Shown here in pieces: positions 62,373 to 64,000 of a stretch of DNA of 64,000 nucleotides (positions are counted from its first letter, which is position 1; each line of letters begins with the position of its first letter). The DNA is from Nitrospiraceae bacterium. GTDB taxonomy: Bacteria; Nitrospirota; Nitrospiria; Nitrospirales; Nitrospiraceae. A program made the translations under genes and the position numbers. The DNA lies in the NCBI GenBank assembly GCA_050246315.1, contig JBFWWG010000006.1:64001-128000 (forward strand). Direction: 5' to 3'. A model generated the notes under the pieces. It was not told where the DNA came from. It did not search any database and worked only from the letters and a program-made list of their open reading frames with translations.

Positions 62373-62464
62373 CCAGGTAGGAAAAGCATAGGTCGCGACA
62401 GCCCTTCGACCACGTGCATCCGCTGAGGCTGATACAGACGGCGATCGTATCCGCGGAGATAGTC

Positions 62465-63300
62465 TAGAACCTATCTCAAAATGGTTGTGTCGCTAGAGAA
62501 AGTCCCTATAATGCGCCCGCATGTTGCGTCTGCGCGATGACCAATGGGAACGGATTCGGGAGCATGTTCCCGAGGAACATATTCCCGAAAGTCGGCCGGG
62601 CCGCAAGCCGGTGCCGGCCCGCGCCGTGTTGGAAGCCGTCCTGTGGATGCTGAACGGGTGCGCAGTGGCACATGCTGCCGCAGTGCTACCCCAACTACAA
62701 AACGGTGCATCGCCGGTTCCAGCAGTGGTGCGAACGGGAGGTGCGGCGCGAGATGCGCACTCAGTTGGCGAATACGTGGCGCGAGGAAGGGGCCATCGAC
62801 GAGCGCGAGCGCTTCATCGAGGCGACGGTTGCCATGGCCAAGGGCGGCGGCGAAGGCATCGCCCCCACCCGCGGGGGCAAAGGCGTGAAGATCCTCGCGA
62901 TTGTGGATCGTCATGGGCTGCCCCTCTCCGTGAGTACGCACGCCGCGAATCATCATGAGGTCACGCTGGTCCAACTCAGTTTCGACTTCTCCATGCTGGA
63001 GGCGAAGCCCGAGCATCTCATTGGCGATCGGGCATACGATAGCGACCGGCTCGATGACGAGCTCAAGCAAGACGGGATCAACATGATGGCCCCGCACCGA
63101 TCCACCCCCAAACTCAAGACCCAGGACGGTCGCCATCTGCGGCGCTATCAGCGCCGCTGGCTCGTCGAGCGATTCTTTGCCTGGCTGCAATGGAAGCGTC
63201 GGTTACTGGTCCGCTGGGAATATTGCGCGACCAATTTCCTTGGGTTTGTCCAACTCGCATCCATCACGATGCTCCCAAAGCAATTTGGAGATGGGTTCTA
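62465..63300 (+). mobile_element. IS5-family insertion sequence with inactivated transposase (62521-63301)
   Basis: TIRs TAGAACCTATCTCAAAAT / TAGAACCCATCTCCAAAT; LRDDQWERI, YPNYKTVHRRF, GDRAYDS, RWLVERFFAWL; frameshift near 62655. Confidence 0.9.
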
Positions 63301-63751
63301 ATGAGACCGCTCCAACCACGCCCGACGGCAATTGCAGAGGTTTTTGTCGGTGGTTGCCATTTGTTGGAATTGGAGTCTCACCGTAGCCAAGACTGTATAG
63401 GCTCACCGGAACTGAAGCGAGTGGTCGGATTGATTGCAGACTCAATAGAACGTTGATCAAGGAGATTGGAGCAATTGGGCACACCCTGCTCCTGCTTCGC
63501 TCCCAGGCCGTCGCCACGCTGCAAATCGTGGCTGTATGGCACGTTGCATGAATTCGGAGAAAGTCCTGGATCTCCGCTTGCCCCGAATGATCGAGACATT
63601 GAGGTTGATGAATCCATACGATCCGTCGCCGGTAGCAGGGGTTTTCTAAGCCCCTTCTTCCAAACGATGGGTGGACCAGTGCGCAACCCTGTTGGAAGGC
63701 ACTAATCCCAATCCGTCATAGCCCGCACTGGCGTTCCGACCTCCGACCAAA

Positions 63752-63861
63752 CTAGTGTCCTGACTCCGAAGTTCGCATCATGATCTTGATAGCCAACTGC
63801 TGGATTGATGACAACTTCATCTGCTGGACTTCTTCGACCAGTTTCAGAGACAGGACACTAG
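63752..63861. mobile_element. MITE-like element, 110 bp, CTAG ends
   Basis: CTAGTGTCCTGACTCCGAA vs reverse complement CTAGTGTCCTGTCTCTGAA (17/19). Confidence 0.72.
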
Positions 63862-64000
63862 CGGTGGCCTCGAATTCGATGCTATGGCTGCGCTTGGCGC
63901 CACGCCCAGACGGATGCTGCCACCTTACGTCACCGGCTCAAAACAGTCCCACGAAACATGCCTAGGTCCTGGGGGTTGAGGCGTCTTCGGATCGCCTCCA

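Noticed and set aside
63301..63750. Short ORFs right of the IS5 element
   Set aside because: No recognisable protein features on either strand

Overview
GC-rich bacterial chromosomal window. Gene order and content (dapL-folK-panC; argD-argF-argG-argH-lipoprotein-lysA-dapA-dapB; fsa; many lineage-type hypotheticals) suggest a Nitrospira-like organism, which is an inference and not a database result. Positions 1-45.6 kb are mostly housekeeping genes: ABC exporter, Lon-domain protein, lipocalin/CrtC-like protein, pmtA-like methyltransferase, rmuC, ABC-F ATPase, gpmA, uracil-DNA glycosylase, lytic transglycosylase, glycerate kinase and an RPH-like PEP-utilising enzyme. A BsuBI/PstI-type restriction-modification locus at 10.3-12.2 kb has an intact methyltransferase and a truncated endonuclease. 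At 45.7-51.3 kb is a putative sigma54-controlled organosulfur operon (membrane protein, OsmC, MddA, a 53-aa membrane protein, a Tat-exported sulfite-oxidase-family molybdoenzyme) with its own GAF-PAS enhancer-binding protein. The last ~7 kb is a decay zone with LysR, peptidase, sensor kinase and IS5 pseudogenes. Non-coding structure includes a long rod-forming candidate RNA upstream of dapL, three CTAG-associated MITE-like elements, a dispersed family of inverted 7-bp tandem repeats, and GGGTCA-type direct repeats associated with RAYT-like remnants. I saw no rRNA, tRNA or CRISPR array. All product calls come from motif recognition by eye.
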